Shown one piece after another: positions 53,011 to 64,000 of a stretch of 64,000 bases of DNA. This DNA is from Lama guanicoe. Its lineage: Eukaryota. The stretch lies in NCBI GenBank assembly GCA_013239625.1, contig MU053810.1, positions 1,249,320 through 1,313,319 on the forward strand, given 5' to 3'. Made by a program: the position numbers and the translations under genes. The notes beneath the pieces were generated by a model. The model was not told where the DNA came from. It saw nothing but the letters and a program-made list of their open reading frames with translations, and did no database searches. Every line of letters begins with the position of its first letter. Position 1 is the first letter of the stretch.

Positions 53011-53780
53011 GTAGAAGTTACCTGGCTTATGTCCAGTCACAATGGCTGTATCGATTTTTTTTTTTTGAAATTGACTTACTATAAGCATTTGCATTTTCCA
53101 AACTGATGCCAGTCATACTTATTGGGGCCACAGAAAATTTCAACTTATCACCTTAGCTGAACTCTCAAGAGTCTTAGACTCACATTTAGGATCATTCCCT
53201 GGCACTACTTTTGTACAACTTTCCTCAAATCCTCCAATCTCTCCCTTGAACTTTCTTCTCTCTGCCAATGTTTTTATATCCTTTAAACAAGCAAAAAAAA
53301 GAGCCCTTTTCCTAATAAATTTCCTTAATTTTCTCTTTCTCTCCTCCCCACGTGCCTGTACCTGCAACCAAATTCTTGTTGTCACCATTTGTCTCAGGAG
53401 AAAAAAACCTTCCATTTTTCCAAGAGTAAGTCTCTGTTTTGGTCACTTCCATTCTCAAGTCTTCCCAGTCATTCTTCCATCGAAGTCTTTTCTGTCTTAT
53501 ATCTTAGTATCTCTCCTTCCATTACACATTCTCTTCACTCACACACATGCATATTTTCCTGCTAGTTTTGAGCTCCTCAAAAGCAAGAGGAGCTTGTCTG
53601 TTTCATCTGCAGAACCTCACAGAAGGACTAGGAAATTAGAGCTGAAAAGTTACTATTATTCTAAATAATAAAAATAACAACTGTAACTGATTGTGTGAGT
53701 AGCAACTCTAGCATTTGCCTAAGTATAAGCTGGATTTTGCCCACTATGTTGCAGAACATTCTACTGTTGAGGATAATTAA

Positions 53781-53810
53781 AAACAAACAAACAAACAAAC
53801 AAACAAAAAA
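53781..53810. repeat. (AAAC)n microsatellite
   Basis: aaacaaacaaacaaacaaacaaacaaaaaa. Confidence 0.95.
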
Positions 53811-53978
53811 ACCCAGCAAGACTTGGGATTAAACCATGAACTGTCTTTTCTTCCTAATTTTATGTAGAAATACTTCCATCAAATTCCCATCCAAAGTCCA
53901 GGATACCCAAGCTTAGTTTTTACAGGCATGGTTCATAGTTGGTTCAGGCAGAAGCTTTTTGAAAACTATCAATTAAAC

Positions 53979-54250
53979 TAATGTTTCTCAAACTGGGCTA
54001 TGCAGACCCCCATGGTAATGTGCCAGGGAGTGGGCAGTACCGCCAAATAAACCTGATACAGCTTCATTGTATTTACCTAAAGATTTAGGGAAGTTAAATT
54101 TAGTATAGTATCACATTTGGAGTTAATTTATGAAGTGGAAGTCCAGACTTCAGCATAAAGCTTTAAAGAAATGTTGATCCAGTGGGCTAGTACCTATGCC
54201 TTCTCCCTGGCGCTTTGAGGTACTATGATGGAAAAGTTGGAGAAGTGCTT
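53979..54250. mobile_element. Probable hAT-Charlie family non-autonomous element
   Basis: TIR-like ends tgtttctcaaact ... aagttggagaagtgct. Confidence 0.45.
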
Positions 54251-55084
54251 TGAAAAGTGATCGGACCATTGAAAAGCTGTGTCATAGAATTGACAATATT
54301 CATAAAATATTGTTGAATATGAAAGGTATCATTAATACAAGACATAAATCATATAAGCATATATTGTTCAATGTAGAAAAAATATATATATAAAAGTATG
54401 AAATCAATTTTAATAAGTTATCTATCAAGAAATTATAAGGCTGCAAGAACATATAAAATATACCCATTTCTGGGAAAAGGAAATGTGCATGAGTTCTGTC
54501 TTCTTCTAGGTTTTTTTTTTTCTGTTTTTATAAATGTATCTTCAAAACAATATTGGTTGTAATTGGAAAACAACAATAACATAACTTTATTTTAAAAAGT
54601 TGTAAGGTCACAATATATGTGATTAAGAACTAAGTATTTTTGGAAAGTAATTACTTTAACCTTTCCCTAACTAGAATTATTTATCAGAACTAATATGAGA
54701 GCTATAGTATAGGCTGTTTTTCTTTTATTACTTTCAGTCTCATACTTTTTCAAATAGTCATTACAATAAATTAAACAGTAAATTAAATAAAGCACTACAA
54801 TAAGTAATAACCCAGTTGTTGAAACTGTTTTAGAAATGTGAAAATGGATTACACGTTAGCTCTTGTTACTTGCCAGGGTTAGGAAACATCAGACAGATTA
54901 AACTTTTATGGGTGAGCTGTTCTTCCAGTAGTTGAAGCATCTGATTTTCCTCCTGCTGTGCTAAGGCGAAAATGTTATCCTGTGTAAAAATGAGTCATCC
55001 AGGATTAGTTATGCGTTAGCAATTTTCTTCCAGTTGCCTGAAGTTTCCAGAATGCAGCCAACAAACTAATGTCGTATTTTTCCA

Positions 55085-58000
55085 GCTTTTTAGAAGTATA
55101 CTTGTTCATTAAAAATTGTATATATTTAAAGGGTACAGTGTAGTGTGATGTTTTTACATAGATAAACATTGTGCAATTATCCCAAACTAAATAACATGTC
55201 TGTTATCTCACATAATTAGGATTTGGTGTGTCTGTGGTGAGAAGACTTAAGATCGAATCTCTTAGCCGATTTCAAGTATACAATACAGTATTTGTAACTA
55301 TAGTGACCATGCTGTACTTTGGATCTCCAGAACTTCCTCATCTTACAAAACTGAAGCTTTGTACCTTCTGATCAACATCTCCCCATCCCACCCCCATCCC
55401 TTAGCTCTTGGCAACCACTGTTCTACTCTATGCTTTGTTGAGTTCAAATTTTTTTAGATCCCACATATAAGTAAGCGTATACAGTATTTGTCTTTCTATG
55501 TCTGGCTTATTTCACCTGACATAAATCCTCCAAGTTCATCCGTGCTGTTGCAAATGGCAGGATTTCTTTCAGCTGCCTATTTTACTCTGTTAATTGTTTG
55601 CTGTGCAGAAAATTTTGGTTTGATGTAATCCTATTTGCTGATTTTTGCTTTTGTGACTTTTGTTTTTGGTATTAGTTTCAAAAAAAAAAATCATCACCAA
55701 GACCCACGTCAAGGAGCTTACTGCCTGTGGTCTCTTCTAGGAGTCTTATTGTTTCAGTCCTCGTGTTCAAGTCTTTCAGCTGTTTTTAAGTAATTGTGTA
55801 TGGCATAAAATAGTGATCAAGTTTCATTCTTTTGAATGTGACTGTCCAGTTTTCCCAATACCATTTATTGGAGAAATTATTCTTTTCCCATTGAGTATAC
55901 TTGGCTTGCTTTTCTTTTTCTACTTCCTTGATGTGTAAAGTTAGGTTACTTATTAGAGATGATTTCTGCAGGTAGGTATTTATTGCTATGAACTTCCCTC
56001 ATAGAACTGCTTTTACACAAATTTTATTCCATTGGGTTCAGTGCAGTCACTTGGAATTATTTTAATCTTCTGAATTTTTAAGGATTTGTTGTTCTATCCT
56101 GGAGAATGTTTCATGTGCACTAGAGAAGAATGCGTATTCCTCTGCTATTGGGTGGAAAATTCTGTATGTCTTTTGGGTCTACTGTAGTGTTCATGTCCAC
56201 TGTTTCATATTGCCTGGATGATCTGTTCATTATAAGGAGTGCTGTATTGAAGTTTTCTACTGTTATTATATTGATATCTATTTCTCCCCTTGGATCTTCA
56301 GTGTTTGCTTTATGTGTTTAGGCATCTTAATATTGGGTGCATATATACTTACACTTGTTATATCTTCCTACTGGATTGACCCATTTATTATTCTATAATG
56401 ACCTTCTTTGTCTCTTGTGAGAGTTTTTGTGTTAAAATCTATTTCATATGATACAGGTATAGCCACTCCTGCTCATTTTTGTTTATCATTTGTATGAAAT
56501 ATCTTTTGTTATCCCTTTAGTCTAATTCTACATATGTCCTTAAAGCTAAAGTGAGTAACTTGTAGACAACATATTATTGTGTCTTATTATTTTTTTACTC
56601 TATTCAGTTACTCTATGTCTTTTGATTGGGAAATCTAATTCATTTACATTTAAAGCTTTATCTATGGATACGTAAGGGCTTACTATTGATTGCCATTTTG
56701 TTCATTGTTTTCTAGGTGTTTTGTAGTTCATTTTTTTCTTTATTTCTCCATTACTGTCTTCCTTTGTGATTTTTATGATTTTTTTTGATAGTGGTATTCA
56801 TTGATTCCTTTATCTGTATGTTTTATGTATCTTCTGTAGATTTTTATTTTGCAGTTACTGTGAGGCTTAAATAAAATGTCTTATATTTACAATAGTCTAT
56901 TTTACATTGATAGCAACTTAATTGCACTGCATACAAAAAATACTTCCTCACCCACACACACATAATTCATGTTACTGATGTCACAATTTACAGCCTTTTA
57001 TATTGCATATCTATTAAAAAATTATTGTGTCTATAGTAGTTTTTAATATGTTTAGCTTTTATACTAGAGTTAAATGTGATTTAGTCACCATCATTACAGT
57101 ATATGAGTATTTCTAATTTGACTGTATAATAACCTTTACCAGTGAATTTATTGTTTTCATATGTTTTCATGTCACTGATTAGCATCCTTTCTTTCAACCT
57201 GTAGAATTCACTTTAGCATTTCATATAAGGCAGGTCTAGTGGTGATGGCTCCCCCAGCTTTTGTTTGTCTGATAAAGTCTTTATCTCTCCTTCATTTCTG
57301 AAGAACAGCCTTTCTGTGTAATGTATTCTTGGTTGACAGTTTTTTTTCTTTTAAATCTTTGAATGTATCATCCCACTCTCTCCTGGCCTTGAAAAATCCT
57401 GCTGAGAAATCTGCTGATAACTTTAGGGAGGTTCTTTTGGATGTGACCAGTTACTTTGCTCTTGCTGCTCCCTCTTTTCTTTGACTTTTAGTGACTTATT
57501 TATAGTGTGTATCTAGGTGGACTTGTTTGAGTTGATCCTGTTGGGTATTTTTAAGCTTCATGAATCTGGGTTTCTATATCCTTCTCAAGATTTGGGATGT
57601 TTGGAGCCATTATCTCTTAAAATAAGCTTTCTGCCTCTTTAGCTTTCTCTGTCCTCCTCGGGGAATCACATAATGCAGGATTCAAGCCAGGTCGCTAGGC
57701 TGCCTCAAGGACCTCGGTCAGGGTGAGGTCAGCAGGCCTACAGAGGCGTGCTTCCCTCTGGCTCCGGAGTGAGCAGGACTGCCCCGGACCGTGGTGGACC
57801 AGGGTGAGAACTGAGTCACAGGATGCTCCAGGGCCCACAGCTAGGACTGATGTCACTGGGCCTCCTTCCAGGGGCACAGATGAATAGATGCTTACACAGG
57901 ACCAACTCCTGTAATGCAGCAGAGCGGGGCTGGAACCGGGTCACAGGACTGCTTCAGGGTCTGCAGTCAAGTCCAAACCAGCTGGCCTATTATGACGGCG

Positions 58001-58335
58001 CAGACAGTCTTGCTTCCTCCCACGTCTCTTGGCAGACGGGGCTGGTTGTAGGGCTGGCCAAGCAGGGCTGTAGCTGAGTTCACTGGGGGATGAGGCTACT
58101 TTTGGTTTGTAGCCAGGACCATATTCAGTGAACCTGCCACCAGAGCCTGGGCCTGCTTTCTCAGAGCAGCTCACCTTGGTCTTGGGCTTCACCAGAGTTC
58201 CACAACTTTCTGCCACAATCCTAAAACTCTCACTAAAGGCACTTTTGTCCATGGGTGGCTGCTAGATTGTTGTTTGGGGTTGAGGGGCTGTGAGCTAGGG
58301 ACCTCCTGTTCTGTTACCTTTCGGATGTCACTCTC
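55085..58335 (-). mobile_element. L1MA8/9-like element with both termini and multiple internal deletions (~3.25 kb)
   Basis: 3' end (gtggtgagaagacttaagatc...caagtatacaatacagtat), ORF2 segments, ORF1 segment (caggtctagtggtgatg...ctgctgagaaatctgctga) and a GC-richer 5' UTR at ~57680-58335. Confidence 0.85.
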
Positions 58336-59545
58336 CTCATGCAGAATCTTTAAAGATTTTCAAGAAGGAAAAAATAGCAATTATATATTTATGTCTCAGA
58401 AACATTTCATAAAAATAATCTTTTAAGTGTCAGCACTTAGCAAGGAAAACTTCATTTCCTACTAATTCTGGATAAAGGAAGCATTATTACCACATAAAAT
58501 TTAAAATTAATCAAATTTTGATACATTTCTCTCCAAATAATTCTATTTTTATTGAATAAAAATGCCCAGGATAGGACACACTGTTCCAGTGGAGTATAGT
58601 TGTTAAAAATGCAAAAACTCGGATAGTGCAGGACCTGCCACAATGATTATTTGTTGAACAAAGCTAGAGAAAGATTAGACTTTTCCAGTGTTCATCTGTG
58701 CGTGTCCTTCTTCATTCTGCTCTGAGAGAATGTGAAAAATAATATACCATCAAATCTACTTGCTGTTTGCATCTTTTCCCCTTAGTTTACTCAGTCTAGA
58801 TTCAAAGGAGCCAACGCAGTGAAGTTAACTCAGATAATATTCTCCAGATCTTACAAGACATCAGGTATTTTTATTTATCATAGCGTTTTTCCCTCATGTC
58901 CAGGTTAACATTCTAAGATCATAAGGTTAACCTTCAATATAATTTCAACTTCCTGTTGGTTTTTTGTGTTGTTGTTTGGTGTCCCCCCACCCAAATAAAA
59001 TAACAGTCTCGTTATGTGAAGGGATGTAGAACCATAGCGCTTGTCGCTGCAAGTTACCTGTAGTCTTCTTCCCATTTAGAAGATGGCTCTGTGATAGCAT
59101 CCTCTCCCGCTCCCCACTCATCCTTAGTTTCTGCATTATTACTTCTCTGTCCTTCTTTTAACTGCTTTGGGTTTCCCAGGGCAACATTTTCTAAATAGAG
59201 ACATCCTAAACACAATAAAACATCTCCAGCAGTTCTGAGTCCATGGAGAAATGTATTTATTTTCATAGAGTCTGTCTTATTGAACCATGGGAGTTTCCAA
59301 GGGTGAAAGGTGTTTTCTGTTTGTTCTATAATTTGACACAAAGAGAACACATTTTTTTCCCTGATGAAAAATCATTTAACAGGGCTGATAGGACATTGCT
59401 GCCTTTAAAACTGTGTAAGAAGTTGTAAAGTATTTGGAGCAAAAATGAATGAGAAAATAAAACCTATTTGAAGATAGCTTTGTCAAGAGACTAGTAAGGG
59501 GGCAAATGCTGGTGGACACAACTGGAAGGAAGCAGGTTATCTTGG

Positions 59546-60012
59546 TGTTCTGGGCGGGGTAATGTCCTCCCCCAGATGCATGGCCTTCCCAGAGCCTCAG
59601 AACATGACCTTATTTGGAAGTAAGGTCTTTGCAGATGTAATTAAGATGTGAGTTAAGATGTGGCCACACTGGAGTAGGGTTGGTTCTTAACACAATATGA
59701 TCGATGTCATGATAAGTTGAGGAGAAGGGACACAGAAACAGACACACAGGAAGAACACCATGTGACGAGGGACACAGAGATGGAATTGATGGGTCAGTAA
59801 GTAAAGGAATGATGAGGATTGCCCACGAAACCAGATGCTCAGAGAATGGAATGGACTTGCGTCTCACCTAGAGCCTTCAGAGGGAGCATGGCTCTGTCAG
59901 CGCCTCAAATTTCAGACTTCTGGCCTGCACAGCTGTGAGAGAATGCATGTCTGTTGTTTTAAGCCGTCCAGTTTGTGGCACTTTGTTATGGAAGCCCTGG
60001 GAAATGAATACA
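59546..60012 (+). mobile_element. MaLR LTR (MLT1C-like), solo
   Basis: gaccttatttggaagtaaggtctttgcagatgtaattaag...agagccttcagagggagcatggc...ttgttttaagcc...gaaatgaataca; TG...CA termini. Confidence 0.88.
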
Positions 60013-60689
60013 TCTGGAAACGTTGAGGTCTAATTTACAATCAAGAATTGAGTTCAAATCATCACTGAAACATTAAGTACCCACTTGATCTGATTTTTCT
60101 CATCCATAAAATGATTAGTGTCAAGATGCAGGGCATGTGCCTTTTCTGAAAGAGTTGCATTAACTATTTCAGGCAAATGAGGATTAACTTTGAAAAACCT
60201 AAGAATAATTCTTAAGTAACTTACAACATCTTGTCTTCTACTGAATAACGTTCATAATTGAAATACGCTAAGTCTGATGCTGCATTCTGGATGTACACAG
60301 TAAATAACAAGGAATGCTGCTATGTGTTTAAAAGCTAAGAAAACTCCAGTTTTAGGGGTAAACTTTATGAGTAGTCTTTCCAACTAAATTTTTTTTTCTG
60401 TTAAATCGAAAGGAAATAGATCCTCGGAGAATGAATGCAATTCCAGAGAAAAGAAATATTATCATAGGGCATCCTTTTTATCTTGACTTGATAAATATAA
60501 AATGACAGCAACTAGCAAGGTACCCAACAAAATAATGAAATTCATGAGGCATTCAAGGGGCATGGGCGGCCGCAAGTTCCCCTCATTTATATTATCACTG
60601 CCAAACGACAGTAGTTCTCGCTGAATTCTTGAATAGAGATTCGCATTCTTCTTTCACATGTCTGGATTTGAACAGCAAGATCTTACTCT

Positions 60690-60895
60690 GGAGCATTTCC
60701 AGGACAGGTGCATTCTCTTGAATGCAAATTATTTAAAGCTGGAGATATTTGTCTGTTTTGATCACCTTCATCATTTATATCATCTTCCGTGGTGTATTCT
60801 ACATGCCTAGAAGAGTCCTGTTATATAGTAGATACTCAGTAAATGTGTCCTATGAATACAGAAATGAGTATGTTAAATGAATAGATGAGTAAGTA
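60690..60895 (+). mobile_element. L2 3' end
   Basis: ttgtctgttttgatcacc...tgcctagaagagtcctgttatatagtagatactcagtaaatg...tgaatagatgag. Confidence 0.65.
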
Positions 60896-61660
60896 AAAGT
60901 CATAAGCTGAATTTATATGGCACCTCCCTTCATAACCAACACTGAACTCTCCCTCCAGCCTTGTTCTCAAATACCCTTGTTTGGGAAAAAGGAAAGAGAA
61001 TGACCAGCAGATTCTGTGTGGCTGCATTGAATGGTAGAAAGACGACAACTAGACTAAAATTTTGGAGATGAGTGCAAATCATGACTGGGCAAATAAATAC
61101 TCGTATTTAAGAAAATATTTTAAACTCCTCAAACCATGTTTTGTCATCAAGGGAAATGAAATAGACAACCTCTTAAGCCCCGTTCAAGTCCGCCATTTTA
61201 TGATCATAGGGGACTGGGTTTGTAAAAGAGGATCAGGGAAACAGAAGGAAGGCACAGAAAATGATGGAGAACTGAAGACAGTCCGGAGAGAATGAGCAGG
61301 AAGTTCAGAGGGTAGAAATGTCATTGCTGTAAGGCCCAGAAGATTTCTCACTACTTGGTGTACTTGTGACCTTGAGTAGGTCTGCCCTTTACTTAGTCTA
61401 CGTTTGTTGAGAATCTAATGTGCACTGCCCTGGATTTGGATTGGAAGGTCATCAGTATTATCACCAGCTCTCCAGGATTTTACAGTCTAAGGAAATACTG
61501 GGATAATAATGCATCCTTCAAAGTTTAAAATGGTACAAAGCGTATTTGAAACTCTCTCAGCTCTGAGAACTGTGGTTCTAAGGTGACTTCATCTGACTTG
61601 GGGGCAGCACCAAGTATACAGAATTGATTGAGCCGTCAGTGAATATTCATGAGAAATACT

Positions 61661-61855
61661 TAGTTGTGTGCTGGTAAACTGGCTCTCAAGGGAGAAGAAA
61701 ATAGCCCTGATTGGTAGCATCTCCCTATTTCCTTGGTGTAAATACTCCGAGCATGGTTGATTTCAGGTTGCCAGTGTGACATCACTGGAGGTGGATGCAG
61801 GAAGAGAAGCCCAGTCGGCTCTGGGGAAGCAGTACATGGGCTGGAGCACATCCCG
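61661..61855. mobile_element. MER63-type (hAT-Blackjack)
   Basis: gtgtgctggtaaactggctctc...gccctgattggtagc...tttccttggtgtaaatactcc...gtgacatcactg...agcaca. Confidence 0.75.
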
Positions 61856-62149
61856 GGCCAGAGGACAGAGCCTCAGGGATAATGGTGCCAACCCTCCTTC
61901 CAGCTGGAAAAGGGGCTAAACCTTAGGCTATAATTCAAGGCAAAGAATGAGCACATTAACTTAGCAGAATGGATCAAGAATATTGCTAATGAAAACTTAA
62001 CCCCATTGGAAGGATATTTGTACCATTTGTATGAGTTGATTTTAAAAAAGAAAAAAGGAAAAAAACTCCAAAACCTCTTGGTTGTGAATAAACCATAAAG
62101 CGATGCCATCATTTTTTGTAGTGCTTTTATCTTTATGTAAATATCCACT

Positions 62150-63450
62150 TTGAAACTAGTATGTTTACTGCTCCATTTTCTTACTCCAGGTGTACGTCAA
62201 GCAGCAAACGCTGTCCCTTTTGCCTTCTTTTTCTCCCTCAGTTCCATTTTATGGCTCAAACTCTAGTTCAGGGTCTTCTTATAACTCATCAGAATTTCTG
62301 TTATGGCTGCATAACTGATTTCTCTAATTTACTCACACGTGTAACTACCAAATTAATCTTCTAGTCCCTACTGTAGTGTAAGTTCCAGAAAAGTAGACCT
62401 TGCACTTTTCTTATTCACCCTAATAACAAAAAATAATTTTTTACTGCAGGCAACAGAATCTGACTCAGACCAATGTAAAGGCAGAAAATGAGTTTACTGA
62501 AAGAATATTGGGCCTCTCCAAAAATTAAATATAAAACTAAGAATCTAAGACAAAAAGAATGAGAGGGAAGCGAGTCAGACTGATAAATCAGATGGTAAAA
62601 TTGCCTAATTTCACTCCTATGAATCCTTCCTTCAGAGCTGGGCCCTCTACTCCCCTGCCAGCATTATAAGTAATCTCTAATTGTCCCTTTGTCACTCCCT
62701 TGGAATTAGAAAAGCTGGTTGGAAGCATACTATTGACCAAGCCCAAGTCATCTGTTCACACTTCAAAGTCTTCTTAGTTACTCCTTCATGTCTAATTTTC
62801 ACATCATCCATCTCTGGGTAATGACCATCGCTCTTCTTTTTTTAAGAAAATCATAATCCAACTTGGATATTCTGCAACCATATGGACCAGTTTATAAAGT
62901 TGACCAGCAACAATAAATTGTCTGTCTATACTTCAGTGGTGAGAGAGGAAATAAAACGGAGACTAATCAAAATACACAAATTCATCCAAGTTAAAAAGAA
63001 GGAAAATGCTTGGAGGCTCTCACTGACCTACTAAATACATTTCTTATCCTTTATTGCAACTCCTGTCTTATCCATCTGTCTCTGGTTATGAAATGATCCC
63101 TTAAAGTAGGACCTCTTGCCTTTCTCTGGTCATGCCCCATCTTCTCTCCTCTCATCTCATTGACTTTAATCTTCTGCTTCTCTGGCTAGGAATGCCCTGC
63201 CCTTCATCTCCTGTTGTGTAAATCCTTTTTGACTTTCAAGGGCAGAGCAAAAGCCACCTTCTTCATGAATTTATCCCTAACATTCCCCGCAGGAAGCCAA
63301 ACTCTCTTCCAGATTATCTTAGTCCTAAATTTATGGTTCTCCTATAGTATATCTGACATGATACTTTGTGATATGTGGAACTTGTTTTCTGTCATTTTCA
63401 GTTCCTCTCCACTAAAAAATCTCCATTGTCATTATCTTTTTTTTTTTTTA
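62150..63450. mobile_element. Decayed L2 fragments with a probable MLT1-like LTR piece (~62420-62770)
   Basis: ctggctaggaatgccctgccc...aaatcctttttgactttcaagggcagagcaaaagccaccttcttcatgaa (L2); ctgcaggcaacagaatctgactcagacca...attgaccaagcccaagtca (MLT1). Confidence 0.45.
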
Positions 63451-64000
63451 AGAAATTTTAGTGAGAATCAATGCTCTTTAACTCTGGGTTGATTGAGAAA
63501 AATATAAATTTCAAGTAAGTGTATAATATAGAACAAATACCCATTTTATTTCAGAAATGAGATAGCAATTGTAGATAAATAATTTAAAACATGATTTTAA
63601 AGCTTGGGTCATTTTTATAATTTTGTTTTAGTTGGAGATTCATGGGCCTGATTTAAAAATGAATAGTGATGAATGTGCAAGAAACGGAAAGAAAGTGATA
63701 ATCAGTCAATCCTGGTTCACTTATTGGTTTATAGAATATTATTAGGTTTTAAATCTATTATCCAGGTCACGAAGTCCTCACGATTTGTCAAATGATAGGA
63801 TAATTCCTCTTTATTCCTGAAAGGGATATTAGATTAGAAGAAAAAAAAAAAGCCCAAAAACCAGAAGAACCAGAAAAAGGCGTTAAAAGCTAACACCAGG
63901 CAGGCTTAAGGGAGTAGGAGCTGGATTCCCTCTGAACTACATTTGGAGAAGCTTGTCTGTTGCACCACGAGGTGGTTCTTACTTGGTTCCCTGCTGATCT

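Overview
This is AT-rich mammalian genomic DNA, probably camelid. The evidence is a tRNA-Ala-derived SINE and artiodactyl-type L1 3' ends, with no Alu, B1, Bov-tA or PRE-1 recognised. The whole window lies inside one large + strand gene, which I recognise as MALRD1 (Diet1; MAM and LDL-receptor class A domain-containing 1). Four internal coding exons (2485-2613, 10387-10548, 36526-36683, 51634-51835; 651 nt, phases 1-1, 1-1, 1-0, 0-1) splice via GT-AG introns into one stop-free frame encoding an LDLa module and a complete MAM domain. The rest is intron filled with L1, L2, MIR, MaLR/ERVL LTRs, hAT DNA transposons and microsatellites; repeat families are assigned from memory of consensus sequences and most boundaries are approximate. 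I find no prokaryote-type system and no convincing new protein-coding gene. The best second-look items are: a U6 snRNA-L1 chimeric retrocopy nested in an older L1 (~34961-35271); a probable antisense mRNA 3'-UTR retrocopy whose tail creates a recursive-splice-like AG|GT site mid-intron (~24561-24795); a duplicated ~70-nt hairpin element flanking the last exon; a (UG)n tract before a weak frameshifting exon; a 44-nt L1 insertion with a perfect 13-bp TSD; and an unusually CpG-rich ancient LTR.
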